Made by a program: the position numbers and the translations under genes. The notes below the pieces were generated by a model. The model was not told the DNA's origin. It made no database searches and saw only the letters and a list, made by a program, of their open reading frames with translations. This document shows, piece by piece, positions 1-9,408 of a DNA stretch of 20,000 bases; the stretch's first letter is position 1; each line of letters starts with the position of its first letter. Where the stretch lies: the IMG/VR virus record IMGVR_UViG_3300013132_000045; one strand, written 5' to 3'. The DNA is from an uncultured virus (IMG/VR IMGVR_UViG_3300013132_000045) (taxonomy: Duplodnaviria > Heunggongvirae > Uroviricota > Caudoviricetes).

Positions 1-1
1 T

Positions 2-400
2 TTGGTAACGCTTAAGGGCGCGTTTGGTCGCGTTTTTGAGGAGGCCATGGACTGGGCAGATGAAGACTTTCAGGAGGAAATTGAAGCAATTGAATGGGAT
101 TGGAAAGGAGAAGAATATCAAACTGTTCGAAAAAACGGGGAGATTGTGACAGAGCCGCGAAACATTGTGGACACTGGTGACTTAAGGAACAGCCAACGAA
201 GGGAGAATCAAACGGCCATCACTACTGATTTTGTCTGGACGGGAGGCGATGGAGAGGAATATGCCTCCATTGTTCATGATGGCTATGTCGGTAAACTTGG
301 AGGAAGATACCCTGCTCGTCCTTTCACAGATAATGCAATTCAGGAGCTTCCATCCATTGTGGAAACTTTGCTGGTGCGGGAGATAGTTACCAATGGCTGA
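2..400 (+). CDS. HK97 gp10-like neck/tail completion protein (probably 5'-truncated by the window edge)
   Basis: Motifs IVDTGDLRNS, YASIVHDG and C-terminal YPARPFT match the recalled HK97 gp10 pattern (VDTGxLRxS...Y..vE/HxG...ARPF). The frame is open from the window edge and its stop overlaps the TMP start by 8 nt. Confidence 0.7.
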   Translation: MVTLKGAFGRVFEEAMDWADEDFQEEIEAIEWDWKGEEYQTVRKNGEIVTEPRNIVDTGDLRNSQRRENQTAITTDFVWTGGDGEEYASIVHDGYVGKLGGRYPARPFTDNAIQELPSIVETLLVREIVTNG

Positions 401-3400
401 ATACAGAATTGAATTTATAGCAGATAGTAGTCGCGCCAGTCGCACTATCAATCTACTTGAAAAAGCAATTAGCGATGTTACAAAAGAATTCAAAGATGCT
501 GAGATTGGTTCGGGGGATTTCATAAAGGCTGCCAGTAATTTAAGTGGATTACAAAGCGAACTTAGGAACGCTCAACGTGAAGTAGTTGATTTAGACCGAG
601 CATATCAACAACTTAGTAAATCCATGGCCAGCTTCCGCTCTGGCATGGGCGCAAAAGGGGCGATTCCAAATGTTGCTAGCCCCATTCGTGGTACGGCTAA
701 TCAATTTGGAAGTCCAGCTTATTTTGAAAAACTTAATAAAGATTTAGCAGAAGCTATTGCGGAAGGAAAACGTATTGACGCAGAGATCAGGCAAGCGGCG
801 GAAGAAAGGCAAGATGCAATTAACCAGTTTCGTTCTGGCATGGGAGCAATTCCAGGCGTTGCTAGTCCCATTCGTGGCACAGCCAGTCAATTCGGTAGCC
901 CAGCTTACTTTGAAAAACTTAATAAAGATTTAGCAGAAGCTATTGCGGAGGGGAAGCGTATTGACATTGAAATAGAACGCGCAGCTCAAAGCAGACAAAA
1001 TGCAATCAATGAGTTCCGCACTGCGATGGGGGCAAGTGGCCGCATGTCGGGAAGTGCTAGTCCTGTTCGCGGCACAATCAATCAATGGGGAAGCCCAGCT
1101 TATTTTGAGGAGATTAAGCGTGCGGCTCAGAGCAGGCAGGATGCAATTAACGAATTTCGTACTGGCATGGGGGGACTTGGCGTCGCATCGGGAGAGGCCA
1201 GTCCTGTTCGTGGCACGGTGGGGCAGTTTGGAAGTCCTGCTTACTTTGAAGCTCTTAATGCAAGCTTAAAAGAGGCTATAGCTGAAGGCACTCGCATTGA
1301 CGCAGAAATAAGGCGAGCAGCGCAAGAAAGGCAAGATGCAATTAACCAATTCCGCTCTGGCATGGCAGAGCGTGGTGCAATTCCTGGCGCGGCAAGTCCT
1401 ATTGGTGGTGCTTTTAATATCAAAGGCAGTCCCTTGTATGAGCAAGTTGGCTCTTTAGCCAAGCTTGATAGGCAATTAACGGGATTGCGAGAAAAAGCGC
1501 GACTAATCTCTCCCGACACTAGTGAGTGGAAGGCCTTAACCAAGGAAATCCTTCATACGGAAAAGAGTATTGACAGAATTAACAAAAAGCAGCGTGGTGG
1601 CCCCTTTGCTCAAACACGCCTTGGCGCTGCTGGAGGAGCTTTTCTTTATGGAGGCGGGCTTGGCGGAGGCGTTGGTAGTGCATTAGGAGGCATTGCTGGT
1701 GGCTTGATGGGTGGTGTGCCTGGTGCCTTTACTGGAGCAGCCGTTGGACAATTGGTAGATAACCTTGGCACATCACTGGCTGGTATTACAAAGCAAGCAG
1801 CAGCGGTGCAGCAAATGCAACGCGGACTTGCTCTTGCCTCCATTGATGCCAAAGATTTTGCGGAATCTCAAGCAACTGTTGCCTCCATGAGCCAACGCTT
1901 GTTGATGCCCCTTGAACAAACAACGCGCCTCTTCACTCAATTACGAGTGAATACCAAACAATACAATTTGTCCGTGGCAGATACTGCCAAGATCATGGAA
2001 GGTACAGCCTTAGCCATTATGGCTACTGGCGGAAGCTCCGAGGATTTGGAAGGGGCCATGCGAGCCGTTGTGCAAATCTTCAGCAAGGGAGGCGTTCAGG
2101 CTGAAGAACTGCGCGGGCAATTAGGCGAGCGTTTTCCTGGCGCTGTAGTGAAGTTTGCGCAAGCAAACAAGATGAGCTTCGAGGAGCTACAAAAGGGGCT
2201 TGAAAACGGAGAAATTGGTATTAAAGAGTTTGTTGAATTTGCAAAGAAAAATTATACTGATTATGCAAAATTTAGCGAGCAACTTGCCACGGCCCCTGAG
2301 TTTGCTGGCAAGCGTTTGCAAATTGCATTAGAGCAAAATTCGTTAGAAATTGGTAGTTTATTTGGGCCCATGGGGGCAGACATTCAAGATGTCTTCACTG
2401 ACATGATCAATAGCGTGGCGCAGTTTATTAAGGATAATCGCGCCTACATGCGTCAAGCAATTCAAGACTTTACTTCCATTGTTGGACCTATTACCAAGGT
2501 CTTCATGGAACTTATGAAGGTGATTGCTAATTTTTCAGTGGCAGTTGGCAAAGTATTTCAAGGCCTTTTCTCTAGCATTCGTCAATCTTTGGGCATGGCA
2601 AATCTTGGCGAAGCAAAGGCTCGCCTAGACAAAGCGGCCAAAGCCGTGGCCGGCAAGACGCGACCCACGACAAATGTTAGAGGAGGTGGACCGTTTCAAG
2701 AATATGACAAAGCATTGGCCGCTTATCAGGCCCTAGGCGGAGACGCGGCTTGGGCCAAGGCAAATGCTCCTGCACAGCCCAGTAATTTACAATATGGCGG
2801 CCTAGGTGCTGGCATGTCTCTGGACAGGCAAGGTAAAGATGAAAAAGACAAGAAGGCAAAGGCAGACAGTCTTGAAAGCTTTGAGCGGCTTCGTGATCAA
2901 CTAGCAAATGCTTATAACCAAGCAGAAATTGAACGCATTAAGGCACGTCATGAATTAAAAAAACGCTTGCAAGAAGATTTGTTTGACATGCAAGAATTTG
3001 GAGCAAATCGTCTCCAAAGGCAAAATCTTCAGTTTCTTCGTGCGCTTGTTAAAGCTGAGCAAGATCGGCAAACAACAATTTTAGAAGCGCAATTAAACAT
3101 TGCAGCTAAAGCTGGCAAGGTAGCGCCTAGCGCTCCAATACTTCCTTCCGCTGGGGGCACAGGCGTTTCAAGCCTTACTACCTTCTCCAGCCAACAACTT
3201 ACAAGAGCCACGCAAGAAGCCAGTCGCTTCACTGGTGTTGCCAATATGTGCTCGGAATCAGTGAAAGCTTTTTACAAAAGCTTAGGTATTTCTTTGCCTG
3301 GTGTAACTGCATGGGCAGATACTGTCAGGAAGGCTGGTCAAACCATGACCGACTGGTCGAAGCTTCAAGCCGGAGATATTGTGGCTACTGGCCGCCCTGG

Positions 3401-4856
3401 TGATACTCCGCACGTAGGAGTTTATACTGGTGGCCAAAATGTATTTCATCAAAGCAGAAGTAGAGGCTTAAGGGCCGGCAATTACCCCGATCTTTCTTAT
3501 TTCCAAAAACAAGGTTATTTTGTTCGGCCAAATGTTGGGGCCGGCATGCCAGGCAAGGTAGGAAGCAATCAAAGCCGCGACACTATGGCAGCGGCAGAAA
3601 CTGATATAGCCAGGCAAAATGCCAAGATTGCAGAACGCGGAGCGCTTTTAACAAAGGAAAGTGACATTTTGAAGCAACTGGGGCGATACATGCAAGAGAC
3701 ATATAATGTGCCCGACCTGGAGCTTGATAATCAGTTACTAAAAAAACGTAACGATTTAATAGAGCAAGGAATAGATGAAAATGTAATCAATTATAAAATG
3801 CGACTTTTTGAACTTGATCTTCAATACCAAGGCTTACTTAAGGCATTTCCAGAATTTGCGGCTAAGGCAGGCCTTTCAGAAGGGCAACGTATTAAGATAT
3901 TGGCAATTTTGGCGGAGGGGCTTGGCAAGGCTACGCAAGCGGAAAAAGCCAAAAATGATGAAACTTTGCGCGGAATTGCCATTCAGCGCGAAAATCAAAT
4001 GCAAGAAGCCTTGCGTTTTGCCACGCCATTGGGAGGCATGGGACTTAGCGCAGGCTTCATTGGAGCATCGGGACAGAAGTTCGAAGAAGTGTTCAAGGAA
4101 ACTGACTCTAAGGAAACAGCCACATACTTTGCTGAACTTCAAAATCAGCTAACTCTGCTAGAAACGCGCAATGGTGCCATTCAATCATCCATCATGGCCA
4201 TTGGGGATGCTTTTGGTACTGCCATGACAACTGGCATTGCAAGCCTAATTGATGGCACAGCTTCAGCTCAAGAAGTGTTTGCTAATTTCCTCAAGGGCAT
4301 TGGTCAGGCATTGTTGCAGGCCGCGCAACAAATGATTGCCACTTATATTGCCATCGGCATTGCCAGGATTTTTGCAGGACTTGGTGGTAAGAATCTTAAT
4401 CCCACCAGTCCAGGGGGAGACTGGATGAGTGCAGTAGGTAGAATGAATCCCACTTCCGCCTATGCCGATGGTGGGATTGCCCCTGGCGGCTTCACTGCCT
4501 TTGCTAATGGCGGCACAGTCACCGGCCCTACACTGGGCCTCGTTGGCGAAGGACGCTATAACGAAGCCATTGTGCCATTGCCTGATGGTCGTTCTATTCC
4601 CGTGCAAATGCAAGGCGGAGGCCTTCGTGAAAAAATGAATAACGGCATGGCCGGCGCAACTGCCCCTCCAGTGCTTTCAATGAGCTTCCAAAGTACAACT
4701 ATCAATGGAGTAGAATACGTTGACAGGGCTCAGCTTGAAGCAGCAATGGCTGAAACGCGCAGAACTGCTACTAGTGATGGTGCTAAACGCGGCATGACGA
4801 TGACCTTGGATCGTTTGCAAAATAGTAGCTCCACTCGCAGGAGAGTTGGCGTGTAA
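393..4856 (+). CDS. Tail tape measure protein with N-terminal repeats and an internal NlpC/P60-like domain
   Basis: 1487 aa, Ala/Gly/Gln-rich and helical-looking. Tape-measure motif QIFSKGGVQAEELRGQLGERFPGA, Gly-rich hydrophobic segment (about 1620-1750), lambda-like C-terminal FANGGTVTGPTLGLVGEGRYNEAIVPL. Lies directly upstream of the tail tip genes. Confidence 0.95.
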   Translation: MAEYRIEFIADSSRASRTINLLEKAISDVTKEFKDAEIGSGDFIKAASNLSGLQSELRNAQREVVDLDRAYQQLSKSMASFRSGMGAKGAIPNVASPIRGTANQFGSPAYFEKLNKDLAEAIAEGKRIDAEIRQAAEERQDAINQFRSGMGAIPGVASPIRGTASQFGSPAYFEKLNKDLAEAIAEGKRIDIEIERAAQSRQNAINEFRTAMGASGRMSGSASPVRGTINQWGSPAYFEEIKRAAQSRQDAINEFRTGMGGLGVASGEASPVRGTVGQFGSPAYFEALNASLKEAIAEGTRIDAEIRRAAQERQDAINQFRSGMAERGAIPGAASPIGGAFNIKGSPLYEQVGSLAKLDRQLTGLREKARLISPDTSEWKALTKEILHTEKSIDRINKKQRGGPFAQTRLGAAGGAFLYGGGLGGGVGSALGGIAGGLMGGVPGAFTGAAVGQLVDNLGTSLAGITKQAAAVQQMQRGLALASIDAKDFAESQATVASMSQRLLMPLEQTTRLFTQLRVNTKQYNLSVADTAKIMEGTALAIMATGGSSEDLEGAMRAVVQIFSKGGVQAEELRGQLGERFPGAVVKFAQANKMSFEELQKGLENGEIGIKEFVEFAKKNYTDYAKFSEQLATAPEFAGKRLQIALEQNSLEIGSLFGPMGADIQDVFTDMINSVAQFIKDNRAYMRQAIQDFTSIVGPITKVFMELMKVIANFSVAVGKVFQGLFSSIRQSLGMANLGEAKARLDKAAKAVAGKTRPTTNVRGGGPFQEYDKALAAYQALGGDAAWAKANAPAQPSNLQYGGLGAGMSLDRQGKDEKDKKAKADSLESFERLRDQLANAYNQAEIERIKARHELKKRLQEDLFDMQEFGANRLQRQNLQFLRALVKAEQDRQTTILEAQLNIAAKAGKVAPSAPILPSAGGTGVSSLTTFSSQQLTRATQEASRFTGVANMCSESVKAFYKSLGISLPGVTAWADTVRKAGQTMTDWSKLQAGDIVATGRPGDTPHVGVYTGGQNVFHQSRSRGLRAGNYPDLSYFQKQGYFVRPNVGAGMPGKVGSNQSRDTMAAAETDIARQNAKIAERGALLTKESDILKQLGRYMQETYNVPDLELDNQLLKKRNDLIEQGIDENVINYKMRLFELDLQYQGLLKAFPEFAAKAGLSEGQRIKILAILAEGLGKATQAEKAKNDETLRGIAIQRENQMQEALRFATPLGGMGLSAGFIGASGQKFEEVFKETDSKETATYFAELQNQLTLLETRNGAIQSSIMAIGDAFGTAMTTGIASLIDGTASAQEVFANFLKGIGQALLQAAQQMIATYIAIGIARIFAGLGGKNLNPTSPGGDWMSAVGRMNPTSAYADGGIAPGGFTAFANGGTVTGPTLGLVGEGRYNEAIVPLPDGRSIPVQMQGGGLREKMNNGMAGATAPPVLSMSFQSTTINGVEYVDRAQLEAAMAETRRTATSDGAKRGMTMTLDRLQNSSSTRRRVGV
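633..1445 (+). repeat. In-frame tandem repeat array in the TMP N-terminus (4 units plus 1 partial)
   Basis: Units begin FR(S/T)(G/A)M at 633, 828, 1014, 1155 and 1350 (195, 186, 141, 195 nt). Each contains ASP(I/V)xG...GSP. A 41-bp exact duplicate occurs at 723-763 and 909-949. Confidence 0.95.
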
Positions 4857-5239
4857 TGGCTGATTTTCCTTCATTAAAGCCAACTGGTCGCAGTTTTCAA
4901 CTTGGCCAATATCCAGTTAAAACTTATCGAGCCATGTCTGGTGCAGTGGTACGCCGCAGCTTCGGTAATCGTCCTTTTGGCTATACGCTGGAATTGGAGT
5001 TTGGCAATATCTCGGAAACCATTGTTAATACCATTATTGATCATTACGACTTGCAGCAAGGTGGCACAATTGGATTTGCTATTCCCTCTATTGTGTTTGA
5101 AGGCTATACAAGCGTTTTACAAAGTAAAGTTCGCACTGCCCTTGGCATTGAATGGCTTTACGCTGAACCTCCAACAGTGGAAAGTGTAATTAAAGGCATT
5201 AGCACGGTAATGGTAAAGCTAGTTGGTGAAATGCGATGA
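4856..5239 (+). CDS. Putative distal tail protein (lambda gpM-like)
   Basis: 127 aa immediately after the TMP with TAATG coupling. Size, position and the MADFPSLKP...SGAVVRRSFG...LELEF pattern fit Dit/gpM-like proteins. Confidence 0.65.
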   Translation: MADFPSLKPTGRSFQLGQYPVKTYRAMSGAVVRRSFGNRPFGYTLELEFGNISETIVNTIIDHYDLQQGGTIGFAIPSIVFEGYTSVLQSKVRTALGIEWLYAEPPTVESVIKGISTVMVKLVGEMR

Positions 5240-5700
5240 GTGAAATTCGTTTGGCTCAATATTTTTATTTAGTAACTGCCAATAATGTGCAGCATCGCTA
5301 TCAAAACTTCTTCATACAAGAAGCGCGAATTTTAGACGGCGCTCGTTACGAATTTGCACCATTCAGAGCAGAAGGAAGCACTGCCAACTTAAATGGTGAC
5401 AATGGACTAGTGCGAGTGTTATTTCCCAATGTGGAATATGCCATTCGCCTGGTTGAGCAAGGTGATGGCAATCGCCTTAGTCGTTTGACTATTACCACGC
5501 AATGGCTAAATGCTGCCCTGGCGCCTTCACGTAGCTATCAAGAACGTTATGTTGGCATTGGCGCAAGCTATTCAGACACTACCATTGAACTACGGTATCG
5601 CACTGCCATGGATTCCGTGGGAGCACAATTTCCAGCTCGCACTCTCACTCGCAGCTTAGTTGGCCCATTGCCCCTCAATGCAGAACTCGTCCTTCAATGA
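5236..5700 (+). CDS. Putative minor tail tip protein (gpL-like N-terminal hub domain)
   Basis: 154 aa, ATGA-coupled. YEFAPF and C-terminal QFPARTLT resemble gpL-like proteins. Occupies the L position in an M-L-K-(I)J gene order. Confidence 0.55.
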   Translation: MSEIRLAQYFYLVTANNVQHRYQNFFIQEARILDGARYEFAPFRAEGSTANLNGDNGLVRVLFPNVEYAIRLVEQGDGNRLSRLTITTQWLNAALAPSRSYQERYVGIGASYSDTTIELRYRTAMDSVGAQFPARTLTRSLVGPLPLNAELVLQ

Positions 5701-6064
5701 TTTAATTGGCTTGCCTTATCAATGGAGCGCTGCTCCATGGTCAGGCAAAACTGATTGTTTTCAGCTCGCTTGTGAAGTGCATAAGCGGCTAGGCTTTAAT
5801 GATTATACGGAGCGTTTTGAATGGGTGTATGAAATGTATGATGAAAGCACATTTCCAAAATCGCTGCTTGTTAGGTGGATGATTGACAATGGGAAGCGAC
5901 TAAAAGAGCCATTGGCTGGAGCGGTGATGTTATTGCCAGCTTCTGTTGGCTCGGCGTTGGGAACAATTGTGGAAGATGGAGTGTTATTTCTTTCTCCTGG
6001 CGGCACAGTCGTCAAAGCTTTATTGCCTAGAAACATTGGCCATTGTTTTTGGATGAATCAATGA
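5678..6064 (+). CDS. gpK-like NlpC/P60-fold tail assembly protein
   Basis: NDLIGLPYQW...TDCFQLACEVHKRLG is a typical NlpC/P60 N-terminus (Cys codon 5756-5758). ATG 5678 preferred over TTG 5660. The expected catalytic His is not evident (SALGT). Confidence 0.75.
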   Translation: MQNSSFNDLIGLPYQWSAAPWSGKTDCFQLACEVHKRLGFNDYTERFEWVYEMYDESTFPKSLLVRWMIDNGKRLKEPLAGAVMLLPASVGSALGTIVEDGVLFLSPGGTVVKALLPRNIGHCFWMNQ

Positions 6065-9000
6065 CGCGCAAACTTTTGCCTTATGAATATGATTTAATTG
6101 ATGCGCTAGGCATTAAAAGGGAAGAGTATTTAGATTTTGTTGCACAACAGCATATTTACAAAGATATAAAGCAAGGCACTGTGTTGGATGCACGCAATGA
6201 TTTCGGAATCACTGCTTTAATCTTGACCATTGTGGGCATTCTGTTCCAGGTGGCGTCAGTCCTGTTGATGCCAAAGCCCAAGGCTCCTAAAGAGCGAGGT
6301 ACGGAGCAAACTAGGGATGCAGTGCTGGCTCCACGCATTGGTTTCAATGGCGCTCAAGATCTTGCCGTATATGGAGATACCGTACCGTTGGTTTATACCA
6401 ACACTGCGCAAAATATAAATGGCGGTGTGCGTGTAGCGAGCCTATTGTTATGGTCAGGCATCCTTAGCTTTGGTAATAATCAATTCATGCGGTTAATGAT
6501 GACCGTTGGCGCATCCGGCATTGCCAATATTGATCCAGAGCGCACGGCTCTTGGACAATTTCCAGCTAGGGATTTGGTATTTGGAAATGTATGGCAATAT
6601 TACAACGAAAATGGTCCCACTCTGTATCAAAATTTAATTAAAGGAGGAGGCACTGATCCGACAATAACCTTTGGCACTGATACCACTGCAAAACTCAATG
6701 GTCTCCCCGGAGCAGAAGAAGGTTTTAGTCAGGCATTTTCGCCCACCACTGCAAACACTGTAGGCGTGACAGGCTTTATACCAATAGAAGCAGACGTGCT
6801 AATTCTCAATGAAGATGGCAATACAGAACGCCGACGTGTTGAAGCACGATTCCAATCCCGCTCTGGTGCATATTGGCCCAATAATAGTGATCGTCCTTTT
6901 GTTCCCGTGGGAGATTTCTGGGACCTATTTATTGCCCATACCATTGAACTATTACCAACCACTGATACTGCAGGCATTGCACGTCAAGATGCCCTGCGTA
7001 ATTCAGCTTCGCAAATTGACAATGGCACTATATTCAAAGCCGGCTCCGCATTATTTCGCGTGGTTTCCATAGGCTTTGCTGATAATAGTACCAACGGCAT
7101 TGAGGGCGGTGATTTATATGCAGGCGTGGAATGTATTCGCACCGGCAAATTGCCACGTGCTAATTATGGATTAGGACACTGGAAAGGAGTGGGAGATCGA
7201 ATCAATGCGTTACAAAAAAGAATTGATAATATTAATGCTGCAATTACAAAGGCACAAGGACTTCGCGATATAGATCAAAAAATCCTAAATCGTGGCTCCG
7301 TAGTTTCTTTTGGAAAAGGCGGCTTTGGCTCTCAGCGACTCACACAAGCAGAGAAAAATCGCTACCAATCAAACGTAAATAACTATAATAATGAAATTGC
7401 TGCATTGCAAAATGAAAATAATGCTTTGCAGGATGAAATTAACAGCTTGCAAGGACAAGGGGGCCCAGAATCATTCCATGTGAAGGGCTTGGCGCGTATT
7501 GAAGAAGCCGCCTACGCTAGCGTCACTAAATGCAATGTTTTAGACATAGCTTTACGGTTTCAAGTGTATAGGCGTCTCAATGGTCGCGCCAATGTTTATG
7601 GCAAGAATCAAGTTAATTATGGTCATAGTGCATCAGATAATGGTGCCAAGGCACGTACTGCCATGTTCGCCTTGTGGTATCGCCTGGACAACTCAGGCGA
7701 ATACATTAGATTGCCGTATATTTTTTGCTGCCGTGGGGTAAACCAACAGGAAACATTTGCCTACCTAAAATTAATTTCCCGCAACGCTGGACCACGATTT
7801 ATTGCAATTAAGCTAGAGCCCGTTGTTGACACTTACATTGAAATTCGCACCTTCCACACTCGTGGCTACTGCTATCTCAATCCAACTGGTCCATTGGTCA
7901 CTCTTGGTTCTGACCTAACTGAAAATGACAATGTAGAAGTGTATTTCAATGGCTCAGTGTATCGAGATGGGGGCAGAGGCGACTATCCTCCGTTTAATAA
8001 ATCTCCAGCTAATACCACTGAATTTGATTTGTTTAATTACGACGCATTTTCTAACACTTCTTTTTCTTTTGATTCGTCCGCTGAAATTAAAATTACAGCC
8101 GTAACAGAACAACGCATTGAATCGTGGCAAAACTATGGCCCTAGCCTGTACAGCGGCCTGTCCACTCTTGCCGTGCATGTTGTCTCAGGGGCTGGCACTC
8201 AGGATTTGCGAAGTGTTAGTGCTTACGTGACGGAAGGCAAGCGCGTGCGTCTGCTGCCAACAAGCCAAAATTATTTTGGCAATGAAGCAACAAACGTGCC
8301 TGATGATGCGGCCATAACTAATTTTGCAAATAGCGCACCAAGTAATTCCACTTCTTTTGCTGCGGATATTTTCTTAGATACAATTTTGGATGGCATCAAT
8401 GGCATTGGTCGCTATGCAAGTTTGCATTCAGTGGATGTGATGCAACTGGCGCAAAGTAAAAGATTTTGCGAACGCAATGGTTTATTCATGGACGGTGTGA
8501 TTGCAGATGCCAGGCCGTGGCGAGAGTTTTGGGCGCAAGTAGCACCATTTAGCCTGCTTGAACTTGGCAAGATTGGCGGGAAAGAAACGCTGGTGCCTGC
8601 ATTGCCTTATGAAAAAAATACTGGCGCCATCACTCGTTCAGTGTCAATCACTGCACTTTTTAATCAAGGAAACATTCTTGAAGAAAGCCTTAAAGAGGAA
8701 TTTATTGACTATGGCACAGGCGTTCAAGATGTAATTGTCACTTTGATTTATCGTGATGTAGAGCGCAATGGTGTGTTTCCGCGTAACAACAGCGTAGAGG
8801 TTAAACGCACTGACACGCAAGAAGCCAATGCCGTTCGCGAAAGCCTTGACATTTCACAGTTTGTCACCACTCGCGCCCAGGCGATCTTACTGGGCAAATA
8901 TCTTTGCAATGTACGGCGTTATAACCGCCGCGCCATTGAGCTGGTCACTTTCCCTACGGACATCTTTGTAATGCCTGGTAGTTACGTTTATGTGGAAACC

Positions 9001-9384
9001 AGCAATAATCAATGGGACGGCATATATACAGGCAGAATTGAAGACGGTGGAGCTTTGAACGTGCCCTTACAAGGCATTCCCAATGGCACCTATAACGTGC
9101 TCACTTATGGCAGCACTGATGGCACTCGTTCCCTTAATGGCGTGACAGTCGCCAATGGCACTGCTCCAGCTCTTGCTTCACAAAGTGGTAATTTGTTTGT
9201 GCTTGGTCAAAATGTGCGCTCTAAGCGTGTGTTTCGCGTGACGGAAGTAACAATGGAAGAAGAAGGAGAAACAACTGTTCGCGCAGTAGAACATCCTTGT
9301 GACGCCAATGGTCAATCTTTTATTGCGGAAGGACTTTCTTCCTATGTGAATGGATTGTTTACCATTGATGGCGCGGCAGAGTAG
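6061..9384 (+). CDS. Central tail tip / host-specificity protein (gpI-gpJ-like)
   Basis: About 1107 aa from ATG 6061, which overlaps the previous stop (ATGA). Hydrophobic gpI-like stretch at 6208-6270 followed by PKP, then YGDTVPLVY, ALFNQGNI and C-terminal FRVTEVTMEEEGETTVRAVEHP, all typical of gpJ-like tip proteins. Confidence 0.85.
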   Translation: MTRKLLPYEYDLIDALGIKREEYLDFVAQQHIYKDIKQGTVLDARNDFGITALILTIVGILFQVASVLLMPKPKAPKERGTEQTRDAVLAPRIGFNGAQDLAVYGDTVPLVYTNTAQNINGGVRVASLLLWSGILSFGNNQFMRLMMTVGASGIANIDPERTALGQFPARDLVFGNVWQYYNENGPTLYQNLIKGGGTDPTITFGTDTTAKLNGLPGAEEGFSQAFSPTTANTVGVTGFIPIEADVLILNEDGNTERRRVEARFQSRSGAYWPNNSDRPFVPVGDFWDLFIAHTIELLPTTDTAGIARQDALRNSASQIDNGTIFKAGSALFRVVSIGFADNSTNGIEGGDLYAGVECIRTGKLPRANYGLGHWKGVGDRINALQKRIDNINAAITKAQGLRDIDQKILNRGSVVSFGKGGFGSQRLTQAEKNRYQSNVNNYNNEIAALQNENNALQDEINSLQGQGGPESFHVKGLARIEEAAYASVTKCNVLDIALRFQVYRRLNGRANVYGKNQVNYGHSASDNGAKARTAMFALWYRLDNSGEYIRLPYIFCCRGVNQQETFAYLKLISRNAGPRFIAIKLEPVVDTYIEIRTFHTRGYCYLNPTGPLVTLGSDLTENDNVEVYFNGSVYRDGGRGDYPPFNKSPANTTEFDLFNYDAFSNTSFSFDSSAEIKITAVTEQRIESWQNYGPSLYSGLSTLAVHVVSGAGTQDLRSVSAYVTEGKRVRLLPTSQNYFGNEATNVPDDAAITNFANSAPSNSTSFAADIFLDTILDGINGIGRYASLHSVDVMQLAQSKRFCERNGLFMDGVIADARPWREFWAQVAPFSLLELGKIGGKETLVPALPYEKNTGAITRSVSITALFNQGNILEESLKEEFIDYGTGVQDVIVTLIYRDVERNGVFPRNNSVEVKRTDTQEANAVRESLDISQFVTTRAQAILLGKYLCNVRRYNRRAIELVTFPTDIFVMPGSYVYVETSNNQWDGIYTGRIEDGGALNVPLQGIPNGTYNVLTYGSTDGTRSLNGVTVANGTAPALASQSGNLFVLGQNVRSKRVFRVTEVTMEEEGETTVRAVEHPCDANGQSFIAEGLSSYVNGLFTIDGAAE

Positions 9385-9387
9385 AAT
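9382..9387 (+). promoter_or_regulatory. Putative -10 box TAGAAT
   Basis: 21 nt before ATG 9409; member of a recurring fixed-spacing motif; overlaps the upstream TAG stop. Confidence 0.5.
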
Positions 9388-9408
9388 GCAGACAAATGGT
9401 TAATTAAA

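Noticed and set aside
633..1445. Repeats as a possible CRISPR array
   Set aside because: Units are long, degenerate, in-frame multiples of 3 and protein-coding, with no constant repeat and unique spacer structure.
6043..6060. Track start at TTG 6043 for the tip protein (and TTG 5660 for the gpK-like gene)
   Set aside because: ATG 6061 gives ATGA coupling and ATG 5678 gives a shorter overlap, so both are more plausible starts.
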